Source: Marsupella aquatica
Taxonomy: Eukaryota > Plantae > Marchantiophyta
Direction: 5' to 3'
DNA length: 64,000 nucleotides
Assembly (NCBI GenBank): GCA_973895155.1
Contig: OZ316892.1
Location: forward strand, 24,065,971 to 24,129,970
This document shows positions 22,501-37,500 of this stretch, piece by piece. Both the position numbers and the translations under genes were made by a program. The number at the start of each line of letters is the position of its first letter. The first letter of the stretch is position 1. The notes below the pieces were generated by a model. The model had not been told where the DNA came from. It saw nothing but the letters and a program-made list of their open reading frames with translations, and did no database searches.

Positions 22501-25500
22501 GACTGCACTTTTCCGCATGTATCTGTCATGGTGTAAAACACTACCCAACCGAATCTGCAAGAAAGTCCATGACGCATCGTGGTCAGGAAAATTGAGATCT
22601 CCATGAACTGTGAGACTCGAAAGGCTATCAAATGAAATGGTTTCACGTGTGATTACGTACCGGCATTTTGTTTGTATTTCCCAGAGTTGTCACCAATGGA
22701 CTCCAGATACCGAGCATTCCACGAGGGCGTGCTCCTGCTGCTGTCTCTAAAGTCAGCTTCAATCTCACCTCCGACAAATCAATCAAGCTGCAAAAGATCA
22801 TTCCAAAAATGACGATTATGTCATCACCAGAGCAATCCATTGTAGAATGAAAGCATTGGTGAGTTTAAGTCCACCGAGTACCAATTTCACCAGCTGAATG
22901 TAATGCTATCCTCTGTTCGTCCAAGGGCATAATGAAGTACAAATGAGTTCTTGAAGCCTAAATTGACAATATTTGGTTTTTGCACAATATATTTCACATT
23001 GCTCACTAAAGAAACATAGACTGTATGGAACGAAGACGGATCAATCTTACTCTATTCTAATCTCTGGATCCACTTGAACAACAGAGGTATCTTCAGAGAG
23101 ACGATCCAAATGCACAGTGTTGAACATCTCCACAACAGCCCATATAATTGGCTCGTGAACGTTGATCCGAAATCCACTCTCAACCTGTTCAAACGAGATT
23201 CCAACCAGTGTCATGAACACTCTGTATCCGCTTGGTTCAGTGCCATGGCTATTCTTCTGAAAGGACTGCTCACCTCGCCAAAGAGGAACTAAAGGTGGAA
23301 CCGCACGGAAAACTTGATACCAAAAGATTAAGTATACACATCTCTACATCAGCTGGTCAGATTGCACTTACTTGCAACCCAACATAAGGATAGACTTGCC
23401 GCGTTTCAGCTTTGTCATCGTACATCACCAGTGATAACTTCATCAGAAACTCTTTTGTCTCATCTCTCCTTTCAGGAACAAAAAGAACGGGCATCCGTGA
23501 AAGTGGGAGCTGATTATCCAGCTGCAAGTAGCCAACTCGTACCTTAAGCCTGCAAGAAACGCACGATTTTTTCAGCCTTTATTAAAGTAGCTTTGAACAG
23601 GCCTTCCACGGCTATGTGATCAACTTACAAACTTCTGTACTACATAAAGTTTGGTCTGCCAAAGCCCTTATCCCTGACCTTAGTCTGCAGTTAGTCTGTC
23701 AAGAACCTACTAAATGGCTTCATCATTGAGATTTTTTAGTTCCAATTTATTAAAGACGGATTGACTGCTGCGAGACCATAATCACATACGACGGAACCTC
23801 CTATATCCAGCGGTAGTAAAATAAGACAAAAACAGAAAGGACTCTTATTGAGAACTTTGACTGCAACATTCACTGCACACCTGCTTGTCCTCTCCCCAAA
23901 GCCGATCTGGTAAGATGTGATGATATTCTCCAACGACAGGTACAAAATCTCCCTCGGATGTTGATCAGTTATAGACACACCAAGGTTGCCAATATTTACA
24001 ACCAATTCAACTTGTGCACTAGCTGGCTTTTCGTCCATGCGTGTTAGCTCCCGACCACCTTCCCTTCTTCCACTTGGTGATGAAGATTCAATTTCTTCAT
24101 CCTCTGAAATGTCCTCAAGTTCCACGATTTTACAGTAAAACCTGACAGTCTTAACCTCCAAAAATTCCACGACTCGAACACTGACATTGTGCGCCAAGTC
24201 TAAACCAAATGATAACTCAGGATGATCACCAATCTCGTCGATTACGTACGTAAGACTCTCAGCAGAATCTGCATTGGCTGGTACCACTTCCAAACGCTTT
24301 TGACCCTCAGGATCCTCCCATGCAAAAGTCTTTGTGCTGTGAGGTTTCAACCTTTGCCAGCTGTCATCATCAAGCCCCAATTGCCGAAACATCATTGGGA
24401 CGTCTGCCGTGCGATTCTCCAACCTGGCATGGAATACGTTTTAAGCCACTTTCTTGTATAGTATTGAAGAAAATTACTGGAGTAAAGGGAGAGGCTATCC
24501 TTTTACTAAACCTCGAAATTATACACGCAAGACTTTCGGATCTTACCAATATTCTGAATAGCCCAACCAAACCTACTCGATTATTGTGTACAATATAAAG
24601 GCTCAGCTAGATATCGAACGAAGATCAACTTTCAAAAACAACAACGATTTAGTCATGGTTCGAACCTGTATGGGCCCCTAGTTGGACCGAGCCTGAACGT
24701 GATAGAAAATCTGGATCCCTCTTCATACCCACGAATGTCAATTCTGACAAACCTTCTCTCCCCGTTACTCTTGCGCAGCGGTATGACGATGCTGGTTTCC
24801 CTCTCAACAGCAAATGGATATGACCATTCGCACCCTTCCAACTTGATCTACATTGCATATCAAGTACGTCATCAACTAAATTTAGTTCGACAAACTAAAT
24901 CGTATTCCATATATTGATCAGAAAGTGGTGACAAGGGGACTAATCAACCAACCAAAAATTTAAAAAACAGCGGTACCTGCAATATCTCAGGGCCATCTGC
25001 TGCAGGGAATGAGAAGGAAACTCTCCAATCAGAAGCCTGTAAGATTCTGGAGTCCTGAGACTGCCTCTGTTTCAGGTGTAAAGCTTTACCGACCCTGTTG
25101 GTAAATACTATGTAAGGTCGAATGCGTATCACCTGCAATGCCAAGATGACACAAGCATTCCATAATTCGTCACGCTGCCATGAGAATTGCATGTCATTAC
25201 AGTTGAGTATAAATTGATCCTACAAGGCCTACACAAATAACATATAGTTCGCATGGCACACTATTACTTTGGTTGGGCAAAGAAGAGAAAAATTCCATTC
25301 ATTCGACTCTGATTGTAGTCCAGAGAGATTTGAATATACCTTTGTCTTCGCAAAATCTAACGGGCAAGTTGAATTTGATACAAGGAATCTGAAAAGTGTG
25401 CCACTCTCTGCCCGCCCTATCAGCTCCAAGTATCCATCCTGACCAAGTGTCCAAAGCCGACATCAGTAATCTAAACGTCTGCTGGAGTGACTTTTTCTTT

Positions 25501-28500
25501 CTTTCTTCCAATGATGTCTTATGTGGGACAATGCTCATAACCCTAAACCCTAAAGATTTGACAAAGTGATAACGGGAGATAATTGCAAGAAATATCTAGA
25601 TTTAATTCTCTTCCGATCACTTGTCAGGGCATTGAGTAGAAGCGGTACCGGGTTGTCCAACGGAAGGAGATCTGCCACAGGTCCGAACTGCAGTTCATTG
25701 CCTACATTTATGCCGACGGAAAGTCCCATTGTTTTATGATCTATGTCGGACAGCATTGTTGGATATTCATCCTTCTCTTCGAAGTTCACCTGTTCTGTAA
25801 TATTGCCAACCTTTACACCTTCTATGTCGCGCTGCGAAATCTCCATGAGTCTGTATTGTAAAGGTGGACACTTAGCGCTATCCAGCCAACAAGGGACATA
25901 GAACTGAAGTACTTTTGCAGCCACGCCCTTCTCCTCGCAATCATGCTCAATCATCACTCGCAATGATCTACACAACATATGATCAATGAGGCAAACGATT
26001 AAGCAATCAGAAGTAGGTGGACTTTTTGTTCCCAACTCAGATGCCAATCAAGACAACTCAGTCATACGAATACTCTTTCTATACTGCATTTCAGACAGAA
26101 CCTGTCTAAATCCCATTGAATAGAAGAGAAATTTGTGTTTGGCCTCATATTTGGGTCGTTGCTGGTCAAGGATCAGTTCTACCTTTTAAGACTATTTACG
26201 TTTTTACAGTGGCCATTACAAGCGGATGCAATGAACTTATGAGAGAAGTTGATCTAGAACATCTACCAACGATCTCATATCCGGCAGTTTGATGCACGTG
26301 CAACAGTAAGTCTTGATATGTACCTTGACGTCCTTGTATTGACATATGTGATGTGGTCCGCAGGTTCTCTATATGGATGTGATATTAGAACCGTTTCCTG
26401 CAGGAAGGTAACCCCAAGTGGATATGAGAAACTTGGACTTCTCAGAAATTTAAACATTTTTTTCTGAAGAATACAAATTCACTTCCCTGGATCGATTCAA
26501 CACAAGCACCAAATAAAATATCCAAGCATACGTCTGTACCTTCTTGGGATTCCATCCACCTTGAGGGAGCCACGTTAAATGAATTCTCCTCCTCAGGTCG
26601 ACGTGAAATATCCCCACTTCGTCTCCTGGTTTGATTACTCCTCTATCGCGGACAACTAATCTACTATGAGTAGACTTCTCAGAAACAGAATATTCACACG
26701 GAACTGGAAGATAATTTCTCAACACTATAGAAGCAGTGATCACGACTTTCCACTCCTTAATGGGGTCCATTTCTGCATCTTTTCCAATGATACTTGAAGT
26801 GGCCTCCAAACAAAACCATAAGTCTTTGATTTGCGTTGTGCTACTTGAAGATTCTGCTGTACAAGTAAGAAGCTCCTCAGTCTCAACAAGTGATCTCACT
26901 CTTATTTCCTTAAGGACCTCCTGCTTTTTACCCTCATGGAATCCTTTAAAAGGTACCACTTGGCTCCATTGGTATGGCAGACCATGGCTGGTAGAGGTAG
27001 GTCGAATCTGTAGACAGTAAGTTGCACTTGATGGTCGCAAACATTCCATAGGAAGATTAAGGCCACGACCAGGTTTCATGACCCCAAGCATCACCCGAGA
27101 GCCGCCTTTGGCAGTAGACTGTCTAGTTCGAAGCCAACGACGACGTCTCACAAAACTAAGAGCTTTCTCGGAATTATCAGAAGGTGGCCATCGAATATTA
27201 CGGAAATCAAATCCATACGCCCATCCGTCTTGGTCACCTCCAGATACTTTCTCCACATGCCAGTTGCTTGTCCACTCCCAACCTAAGGGCAACTTTATAT
27301 CTGGAAACTCCTGCATATCAATAGACAAAAGAAGAACCTTGTGAGGCGCAAAGTCTGTAATGCGATGCAAAAAGTAGCCCGAAAAATCTAAATCTAAATC
27401 CAAATTTGCGGTTAGTCAGTCTGAGATAATGTGCGTCCGTCGAGTATCTTAGACGTATACCTTTAATGGATTTGTGAAGTCTCTTGCTGAATAACGTGCT
27501 GGATCTGTCGGTAGCAGGTGACCGGGCCATTTACTTCCCCATCCCACGATTGGCTGATACCGTTCATTTTCAAAGAAATCTTCTTCGATAATTTCTCCAA
27601 TCACATCATTTTCTCCAGATTCCTGTGCTTCTTCATCTGTTCGAAGAATGTTTATCATGGCTAAAGATACTGCCAAGTCAAAATCAGTGCCATTCTGGAC
27701 GCTCACAAGTGAGCGCAAGACCAAGTGCTTCACCCCATGTTCAACATAAAACTCAGTGGCAACGATATCATTGCGAATGGTCATTGGTGAAGGACCCAAA
27801 GCATAGTTAAGACCAACAGCATTCCATGGGCCGTCTCTAGAGAGACCAACTTGGATTGTTCCTCGTTCGTGACCTGTTGCATCTCGCTCCTTTTGAGGAT
27901 CTCTAACCAATGAGAAGAAACGTTTCGCAAGGCTTACTCGCCCACAATCCTTCTCTACACGATCTTCCATGCTCTGAACATTCCATAAACAATTAGCACA
28001 CGTTGCAGCAAGCCAGTGCTCTGAGTCCCCTGTTTTTGCCACGACGGAACGTACTAACTACAAGATAGAGATGCCAAGTCTCACGAAACAGAACAAGTTT
28101 GAATATTTCACAAAAAAGAAACAATGATGCACTGATACAGGCTGGGAAAATCTACAAACCTCTGAGCCTTCGCGTGGATAGAGATTTTCCCACTCCAAGG
28201 CCAATAATTGCCATGGAATATGACCTCCAATCCCCTGCTCCGAAGTGACCTTTGAGGAATTATCGGTGACTTCCAATAACTCTGAAGAGCAATAACCAAC
28301 GTTGATACCTGTACAGGAGCCATGGACACGGCTCATGGGAATGTGCAGACAAGAAAAAGCACAAGAGATGTCGATGCCTTACGAACAGTCTGCTCAAAAT
28401 AAAAGTTTGCAGCATATGCGTTTCGTGAATGGCAGGGTGCGGTTTTAAAGTGCAACAGGGTCATTTGCTCAATTCATTCCATATCTAAATTCCGAATTCC

Positions 28501-31500
28501 TTTCCATTTCTTCTCCAAAAGACAAATACCAACTACTATACAGGGCAGATGATAAAAGGGCACTGAACCACTTGTCTCTTCCTTGAGACAGGGCAAAGAA
28601 TGGAATAAAGCCGTCGAATTCCAACAAGTTCGAGAGGGGATCAGTAATTCACCCCATTAATTGAGCCAAGATTATATCAATTCAGCACCCATATTAGACA
28701 GATCCGCGCAGCTCACTTAGTAAAATTTCGGTAATATTATATGACTTACCTTTGCTGAGGTCAGTAACGACTATTTCAGCTGAGTTCCCTTCCTGCGATA
28801 TAGAAAATTCAAGGACGACAAACATCAGTCGTGGATAAGTTAAAGTGACCACTTATGCCCTGACAAAGAGCAAGACGTGAAGCCACTAGGCCCTGAGGAA
28901 AAGGTGTTGGACTAAATTTACGGCCATGCATAGATATACATTACCTGCAGACTTGGGACATCGACAGAAGACCAGAACAAATATCAGCTCAGCTATATTA
29001 ATACTAGATGGTACAATTCCTACCATGCCCTATACGTGCATGCTTACCTGAGGCTCGACCTCAAAAATGAAGACCTCATCCCAATGAATGAAAACTGTGT
29101 CTGAGGATGAATCATGTTCTGGAGGAACACAACGTGTACGTGCACTTTGGTACTGCAGCTGCTGTTGATCAGATGTTTGTGTACGTGGAACAATTCGAAC
29201 AGATAACATGTACTCCCGACCACCAATACCATCGTCTTTGCGCACCTAAAGTGTATTCATTTGATAGAGAACGTTAGCTTGCAGAATTGGATGTCAGCAG
29301 GTGGATCAAAATTATGAGCCATCACGAGAGGCAAAGCCATATAGGATCTGGCCGTCCTCGCAAAGTAAGCCAAAGTTACAGTACCAGCCCTCATTTACAT
29401 CGGATGAACGGAACGAACAAAACAGAAGTTACGCACCTCAGCACCTCCGATCCTTATGGCCACTATCTTGTTTGGGATTTTCCTTCTTGCAGTCTTTGTG
29501 CCAGGATTTTCCATTCGTTGTGCTGTAGGAAGCTTTACAGCAACAGTACCCCGCGATGGAAGTGACAAGATCTTAGCCTGATTGTTCTCAACGATGCGTA
29601 GGAATAGCTCCTCGCCAAGCTCATTGTGATTTACACAGGACAATGTCTTCTGGCTTTTTACATTAAGGGCAGGTTTCTTGTTCATTCTTCCCCTTGAATC
29701 CTGATCACAATGTTCAATTCAATATCGAGGTTAAACATAAAACGAGAACCAAAGAAAACAAAAATAAGTCATCTCAGAGGCAAACTACGATCAGATGCAT
29801 AACAGCGGGAAATAGCAAATGCACTTCCACTCGCTGAAGAGAACATTAGATACTGACCATGGAGAACTGTTTCTTAGAATTCTCTTCCATCCGGTTCAAC
29901 CTGTTCCAACTGGCATACGCCTCAAGCAACATGTTCAAATTTGCACTTGTGATATTGATATTCAAGGCGCTCGAAGCTGCTAAGCGAAGTCGTGACTCTG
30001 TTGGCCGAGACGGATCAGATGGATCACTGCTATATTCAAATCTGTACAAGGAGAAAACTAGCTTAGAGAAGCACCTTTTCAGTTTAAATGTACGAAATAA
30101 CAATCATGTTCAACAAATGTTGTCCTCCAGTGCCACCATTGGGACTTCGTTGAGAGACAATAAAAACGCACCTTACATGACCATCCCAGGGCTCAACCAA
30201 CGGTTCCCAGAAGTTGTTTTTCCCATTAAAGGTTGAAGCTGCAAGTGAAAAATTTACTGTCGAGCTAATCGCTTCCATTCTCCCCTTTAAGCCCACTGTG
30301 ATCCCACTTACCGATAAATCTACCAAAGGCGCCATCTGCACATTTACGGGATTAGAATTAAGTACACAGCATTTACCGAGTAGCTAAAAAAGCACAGCCC
30401 AGTCACTTTGCATGATACGCTCCAGCTTTTCCAGATATGTTGCTTTATACTTACCAGCCCTCCAAAATCATCAAAAACAGTTGTTGAGATTTGCTTCACT
30501 TCCGCGTCGATGACTAAGTTGTCAGGTGCACTAGATTTTTTCAGATCAGCAAGGGCAAGAGCTAGACGCTTAGGTGGATGTTTGTACCCACGCTGGGCAA
30601 TAAAGGAGGATGCCTGCACAATGCCAGTACACAGAATCGACAGCAACTTTAGCAGAAACAGTACAAATTCAAGGCCTTCAAACATATTAAGAAGCAGAAT
30701 GCAATCTCCTTGCGAGAGTGCGCAGCACATGATGCATCGCCTGGAATTTGACAATCTGGAGACAATAATCATAAAACTACGAAGGCCACAAGGCACCTTT
30801 CCAGTACCTGATTTTCGACTGGCCATATGCTGAGCTCTGCATCTTTATGCTTAATGCTGGACGTATCCCACAAGCTTGAAGCTGAGAAATTCGATCCAAT
30901 GACTAGATCACTACGGACACATCGAATTAAATTGTCTGGATCTGGTGATGGGCCAACACTAGCCACGCATCCAAGTGCAACATAGCCGGGAGGTGCCAGT
31001 GGAAGCCAAAATGAAACAGCTCCCATTCCCTTCTTTCGTGGAAGTTGCCCTCTTTCCAAAAACCTTTCGGGCTTACTTAGAAGACCCCGATCCAGAGCGT
31101 CATGGAGAACCAAACCTATTCCTGGAGGTTCGTATCTGAAACACACGAAAACGTGTGAGTCATGCGTATTGGCGTCTTTCTCAAGTGAATATGATTATGC
31201 ATTACAGATGTCTGCGGAAGTTCAAGACGTTTTGAATCAAATGATTGGCTTGCGCAGAACTTCTGAAATGATGTAAGAAAATTGCATATATTAATATGAG
31301 ATGTGCATGGATGAAGTACATGACAGTCCACTTGGCGTCTGGCATAAATGTTTTACGTACATGGTCTACGGTATGATTGGAAAATGCGATGTTGAATGGC
31401 GGCAATTCGACAAAAATCTCTCAAGGTTAGTCGGGTGACATCAATTCAAAAGAACAGTTTCACTTCAGTAAGCAAGGCAACTTACTACATGTGTGATAAC

Positions 31501-34500
31501 TGGAGAATAAACGTTTTTAGGATTCTCACCCGTCCATAGCGACATCACCAAGTATTACGCAGCCAGAGGGGACAACGGGCCGCCATATAGACACTCGTCG
31601 ACTTGACCCACTGTCCTTGTCCCACCAAACAAGGTTGAAGCGTGCAACGGTCTCATAAAATCGCCCAGAGGATAAACCATTGAGGGGATTAATCCTCTCT
31701 GCAGAAGCAGAACCCTGTAAAGGACTTTGCTGTATTTTTGGAGACGTCTTTGCTGTTAGGGGTTTCGTCTCCTGGACTGGAAATGACTCGTAATTAGAAA
31801 GTACGTGTCGAAGTTCGTGAGGTCTATATTTCTGAGGATGATCATCAGCAGCTTGCAGGAAAAATGACCCGGTTGAATTGTCAACTCGCCAAAACGACCA
31901 CTTCTGTGTTTCAATATCCCCTTGACTTTCCGGTCCTGTTATTATGACGCAGTCCTTCATACGACAGGCTGTTACCAGATGGCTCAACACACAGAAGCAT
32001 GTGTTCAATGGGGGTGGGCGTTTACCAGTGGATGCAATACAGCCCAGTGCTACATATCCAGGAGGTGGAACTGGTAACCAAACAGAGCAAGAATTCAAAT
32101 TCTCGTCATCGTCTGAGGAACCTTCCGTTGCTCGATTGACTTGGTCTGATGACCAGAGAAGAATTAGATCCAAGGGTCTCTTGACACGGGCCATACTCAT
32201 ATTCACAGCAGTTACACCTTTTGATGGTGCCTCATCTCTGGGTGTCATATAGTCTCCAAGAACTGCAAATCCTGGAGGAGCTCGTGGTCTCCAGAATGTA
32301 ATGCAGTTGGCACCCTCAGCTTGATTGTCAGCCCAAACTTTGTCAAATTCAGAGCATTCCACTGTGATCTGCTCCGAAGTAATCCGAAGGAAGGACATGA
32401 CATCCGTTTGAAGGCGGAGGATAAGTTGAATTATGCTGAAAGAAAAATTGCTGTATATTTCAGTCGATGCTAGATTCAGGCTTTGCTTTCCGGAGACATT
32501 TGCGTATTTGATGACCATGTCGACAGGTTCCACTACTTGGATCCCACTGCCAGCTTCCACAGTCAGACCATTAACTTGAGCATTGACTTCCATATCATCT
32601 CCTTTGAGCACAAGCCTTGAGAAGATATTCATTCTCATTCGCAGGAGTTTTTCAGGCAGAAGCACAGTATCACCTACTTTTGTCATGCTGTCATAGAATG
32701 TAAGCTCTGGTGAAACTGCCTGAAGGTCAAACATGATCTCTACAACAGGTTTATTTTGAGCTTCATCATTCGAAACGTTCTCATCCTGACCGTCAGCTAC
32801 TGATTCTTTTGGGGACGTACTCTCATTCTGCTTCTCTGGTTGTCCTTCTAGAAACACACCATCTGCTTCTAATGCACTGTAGCTGCTATTGTTCCCGAGC
32901 GATATACAGGAATCGAGAAAATCTCCGTTCTGCAAGTCAAGAAACCGCGTCAGATGCCTGACCCCTCTAAAGATTAAAACTTGCATTGTCATTTGACCAC
33001 AGTCATGAAAACAAATCTGAACAAAAGCTGAAAATTTAAGGGTATAACAGGGCTGCTTCAAATGCAGCCTGCAATCAGAATTTTCTTTCGAACAGATTCG
33101 AAAACCTAAAAAGTAAGAAGTCATCACATCCGCCCAGCAACACCTCAAGCTGACATATACATAATATAGCCGTTACAATGTAGATGAACAATTACCTTGG
33201 AATATATTTTCTTTGACTCTTCAAGTGCAGCGCATTTTCTAGGAAACAGAGCTCCTACTGTAAACGCTAGACTCACGGAGAAGGATGAAAGAGCGGAAAG
33301 GGATACCAAATGTTCAGACCTGGATGATAACATTTTTGAATACCAGCTTCTTCCCGTCTCCTACAAAAATGATAACTTCCGTGGAAAAATCTCGTAGGTC
33401 AGCCCCTTCACGATCCAATAAGCGGATGTAACCCGCTCGTCCATCGTATACTTGTACATCCACACCTTCCTCGTCAGCCACGAGTGGCCTTTTGGGAGAT
33501 AAAATAACTTCTTTAGTTGGCTGACAGTAAACATCTTCTTTAAGAAAAATGGCGTTTTGAATCTCTAGTGGGTTGTCATTACCACCCTTCCCATCGGAAA
33601 GCATAGCGTGCATTGAAGGAATGAAAAATTCCGCAACCGCGAGCAGGAAGTCTAAGGCAACCAGCAGTCGAGGACGCTGAATCCTCATGGACACCACTTG
33701 CATATGTGGTGCTATCTTCGCATCCATTACCAACATTGTGAGGGCAGATCTACAGTCAGGCTTACTGCACGAGCCATGTTTCTGCATCCCCTTCTCAAGT
33801 TTCCCCGTAGCTTCCTCCTCCTGAGCCTTTTTTTCAAAAGAAATTGGCTCAGCATCATCAGCGTTTCCGATCATGTATCGCATCTCCGCCTCTGTCCCTT
33901 CCCTGTCATCCCTCACACTAAACTTTTCCAAAGTGGCCTGTATATTTGATTCTTGGAGTGTATTGGATTTGTAAGATGCCCACACGCCTGTAACCTGCCA
34001 GACATACGCCGCTCTGGCGTTACAAGTAGCAACCACGGTACAAGCTTCCATACAGAGATCGCCCAATTGCATCTGCTTCCATTAATATCCTAATGTCTTC
34101 CTTCATATTGGTAAATTCAATTCAAAGCAACTAGACATGACCCAAAGCAGTGTGTCCTCCCTCGTTACATTATGTCATTCACATAACTAGAGGAATGAAT
34201 CTTGTTCAGAACCCAAGTAGGTCGCAGATGTCAGCCACAGCTTGCAAGTTAGATTCAGCAGAAAGCAAGACACTGTTTAAATAGACGACTTACCTGAATG
34301 GCAGCCAGTGGAGATTCTCTTGACTGGCCAGTGAACAAACCCAACTCAACCATACTTATGCCAACTCCTACTTTCACAGTTGTCCAAGAGTCTTGTCCAG
34401 TTGATTCATTGTCTCCACTTTGTGGGGGATTGCTAGCACCACTAGGCCCGTTCTCGTGTACTATTGTCTCCGCCTCTTGCCGAGAGTCATTTTTGTCATC

Positions 34501-37500
34501 ATCAAGATTACTTTCAATCACTGGCGGTGGCAAGTTGGGGGCCTCAGCCATATTGCTTATCGCACACTCAGTGATCACCTGATACTCCCTATCAGATAAA
34601 GCTGCCCTCAGTTCTTCGATCTGGACCGAGGAACAACTGAAGTCAGCACTGAGCTTAAACCAATGCCTTAAGCTTTGTTAAATGTGAGAAATGCGTGATA
34701 TTGAGGAGAAAATTACCTTTATGGAAGCTTCGGCGGCAGGTAGCTGATGCCACAGATCACGTATTGGTCTCCTCACAACAAGTGCCAGCCCTCGTGCCTC
34801 CTGAATTATTCCTTCTCCAGTTTTACCATTTACACCGACTACGAGGTGAAGATCTTCCAACTTCATACGGGGATGATCATATTCAGTAAGCGAACGGAGT
34901 TTCATCATCATTCATGAAGTTATCTTTTCACAAAAAAGCCTGAGTAGAGCAACTATCCAGAAGCTGCTTTGAATCCAGTAATGCCAAGCAACAAAAATTA
35001 GGTTTGAGCTCACCTCTAGAGTAGTTGTTTCAAGACGTATAGCTCCAAGTTCATCTTTATCACCTCCAAGCCATTGGAAATTATTATATAAGTTAATCTG
35101 GAGAATGTCCAGCTCGAGGAAACTGCGAAACCGTCACAACGAGATTTATGATGAGTGCACGCCAAACGAGCTTTCTGTAGTCATAGAAAACAAGAAACAA
35201 GGCCCATCTGTAAACTGAAACAAAGCCAAAAGTCATTCGAGGAGAGGCCGGAGGCTGGTGAGAGTACTCTGTGCTTGCTGTTGATCGAGGCATTATGATC
35301 ACAGGCTTGTTGAGGGACAGGCCTAACTTCATGGCTGGTTGACCTTCAATTTCAGACTGGTCGAAGAACTTTTCCACGTCTGTGACTGTGTCTTTTAGCT
35401 TGACCACATATCCAGAGTTTTTAGGAACAAGTCCCATAACATAATTGATGATCTGTAACGCGCACAAGACAAACTGGAAGCTTAGATGGCATACAAGAGA
35501 AAGTGTTTCAGAAAAGTTTTACACGCTGACATGACTTCCTAGAACAGGACATTCTTGCAATACATGTCACATTGCCCATCTCTCAATATGCTCTGTTGTG
35601 TACTAGGACTGACACTGCATCATCCCATGCTCACAAGCATGAATTTTCATGATTCACAGGAACAGCTACAGCAGTACAGTGTTCCAGACCTCTTGAACAA
35701 ATCGGTATAGAAACACGATCCGCACTTCCGACAGCTTGCCCATAATGCTGTAGTCAAAACCGTCATAGTCATCATCCTCTTTGTTGAATGAAAGAAACTC
35801 CAACTGGCATAAATACCAAGAGCGATGTGTTAATACCATTGTGCATAATGCTTGCAACCTATCTCACGATTTCATGTAACTCCATCTTTTCGACTCACTA
35901 TGAGGCCTGCAAAGACGTGATCTAGGGGATGTGCGCATAGATCACCCCCTTTCTCAGTGAGGCGTGCTGCTAGAGGGCTCATTATCTACAATTTTGTTAT
36001 AATAGGTCACAGCAATACATGGTAAATCACTTCCTTGTAACAGAACAGTGGTGGATAATATTTAGCTAAAAACCCACATTCCAAGATTCTACTGAGCCCT
36101 TGTGAACGTGAGAATTACGTACAGAAATAAATGAGGCACCATCCGGATCCCGCATGTTGCAAACGTAGTGGTAGGGATGGTTTTCATCCAAGCTTCCATC
36201 GCTGACTTGCAAATTGCCAAGGGCTGCTTTTAAGCCAAACGATGCTGGAAATACCTACAGGAGCCAACATGAATACAACTGCCCGTCTGATCAAAATCAC
36301 ATTTCGGACTTTCCGAGACGTTCTCTATCATGAGCAAACTCAAGTAGGGCATCGTGAACCTCTAAACATAAAACGAACTCGTCTGCCTAGAATGAGCCGG
36401 AAATTCACTACACACGACTCTTAGTTTCCAATACAGGAAGCGCTTCACACATCAAATACGTTCAAATGAGACTGTGTTACAATCCACGTGGACCTCAATG
36501 GACTTGTTAAATGACTTCCGAAAACCATGGTCACAAGTTAGAGAAAGTGGATACGCGCTTTGTATATCCTGTAAGAGAAAAGAAAATAAAAGCACTTTCT
36601 GCTAATATTCATGGAGTAACTTATTTTATGAGTTAGGTAAGGCGGAGCAAGAAAAGTTACCTTGATTTCAGTATGCAGGTCTGCCAGGGATAAAACTGAA
36701 AGCTGATTTCCATCCTCGAGGTTGAGGACGACTTGTACCCGGTCCATATCTAGCACAACCAAAAATACGATTCGACTCTTCCCCCTTCCTAGCAAGCCTC
36801 TCACGACAGAATCATTCCGATGGAATGAGGCATTTGACTCATCGCCCTGACCTGTGTCATCTATTGCATTTGGATTTATGGAGGTAACTATGGCATCTGA
36901 CTCGGTAGACGAAGGTGGGGGATTAGGATCTCCAGGTTCAACTTCAGCTGTTATTGCTGTTACAAGATCTAGCAATGCCAACAGCGTTCGCCGATTGGAA
37001 AAGAAAGACAGAGTTGACAGAGTCGCCGTAACCTGCAGCATTAGCAAAAATCAAGATGGATGAAAACTGGTTTCTCTTTGCCTTTCAGCTGTAAAGTTTA
37101 AACAATAGAGGCTGAATGACAACTTGGCTCCACGGATGTTTATTCTTCTTTACCATTTAGTTTAGCGATCCGATTTATTTTTTAACGATTTACTGTTTCG
37201 TTCTTTGAAGTGTTAGTTCTTTGCAGGTGCTCAATAAGCTTTTCAGATGATTTTCATTTGTAGAAGTCAGAATTAGAATCTGTGACAGAATTTTCCAGTA
37301 ACGTATACCTGTTCTTAAGCACTGGACATGATAGATAGAACAAATCCATCGGTAGAAAGATTCCATGTTCATCTCCTGGTTCAAACGGTTACTCTTTCAG
37401 ACTAAAATGGTATTTGTTTCTTAGAATTGGTTTGTAAACTGATCAACAACCTATTTCTTAAACTGCGTTTGCCTCGTTAAAAGGACCAAGCTAGAAGTTA

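Noticed and set aside
25539-25554. Telomere-like aaccctaaaccctaaa (also at ~56361-56374)
   Set aside because: Only about two units; common interstitial telo-box-like motifs with no sign of a chromosome end or fusion.
28944-28975. Strong cag|gtaatg site within a VPS13 intron
   Set aside because: The flanking exons join in frame without it and I found no convincing partner acceptor.
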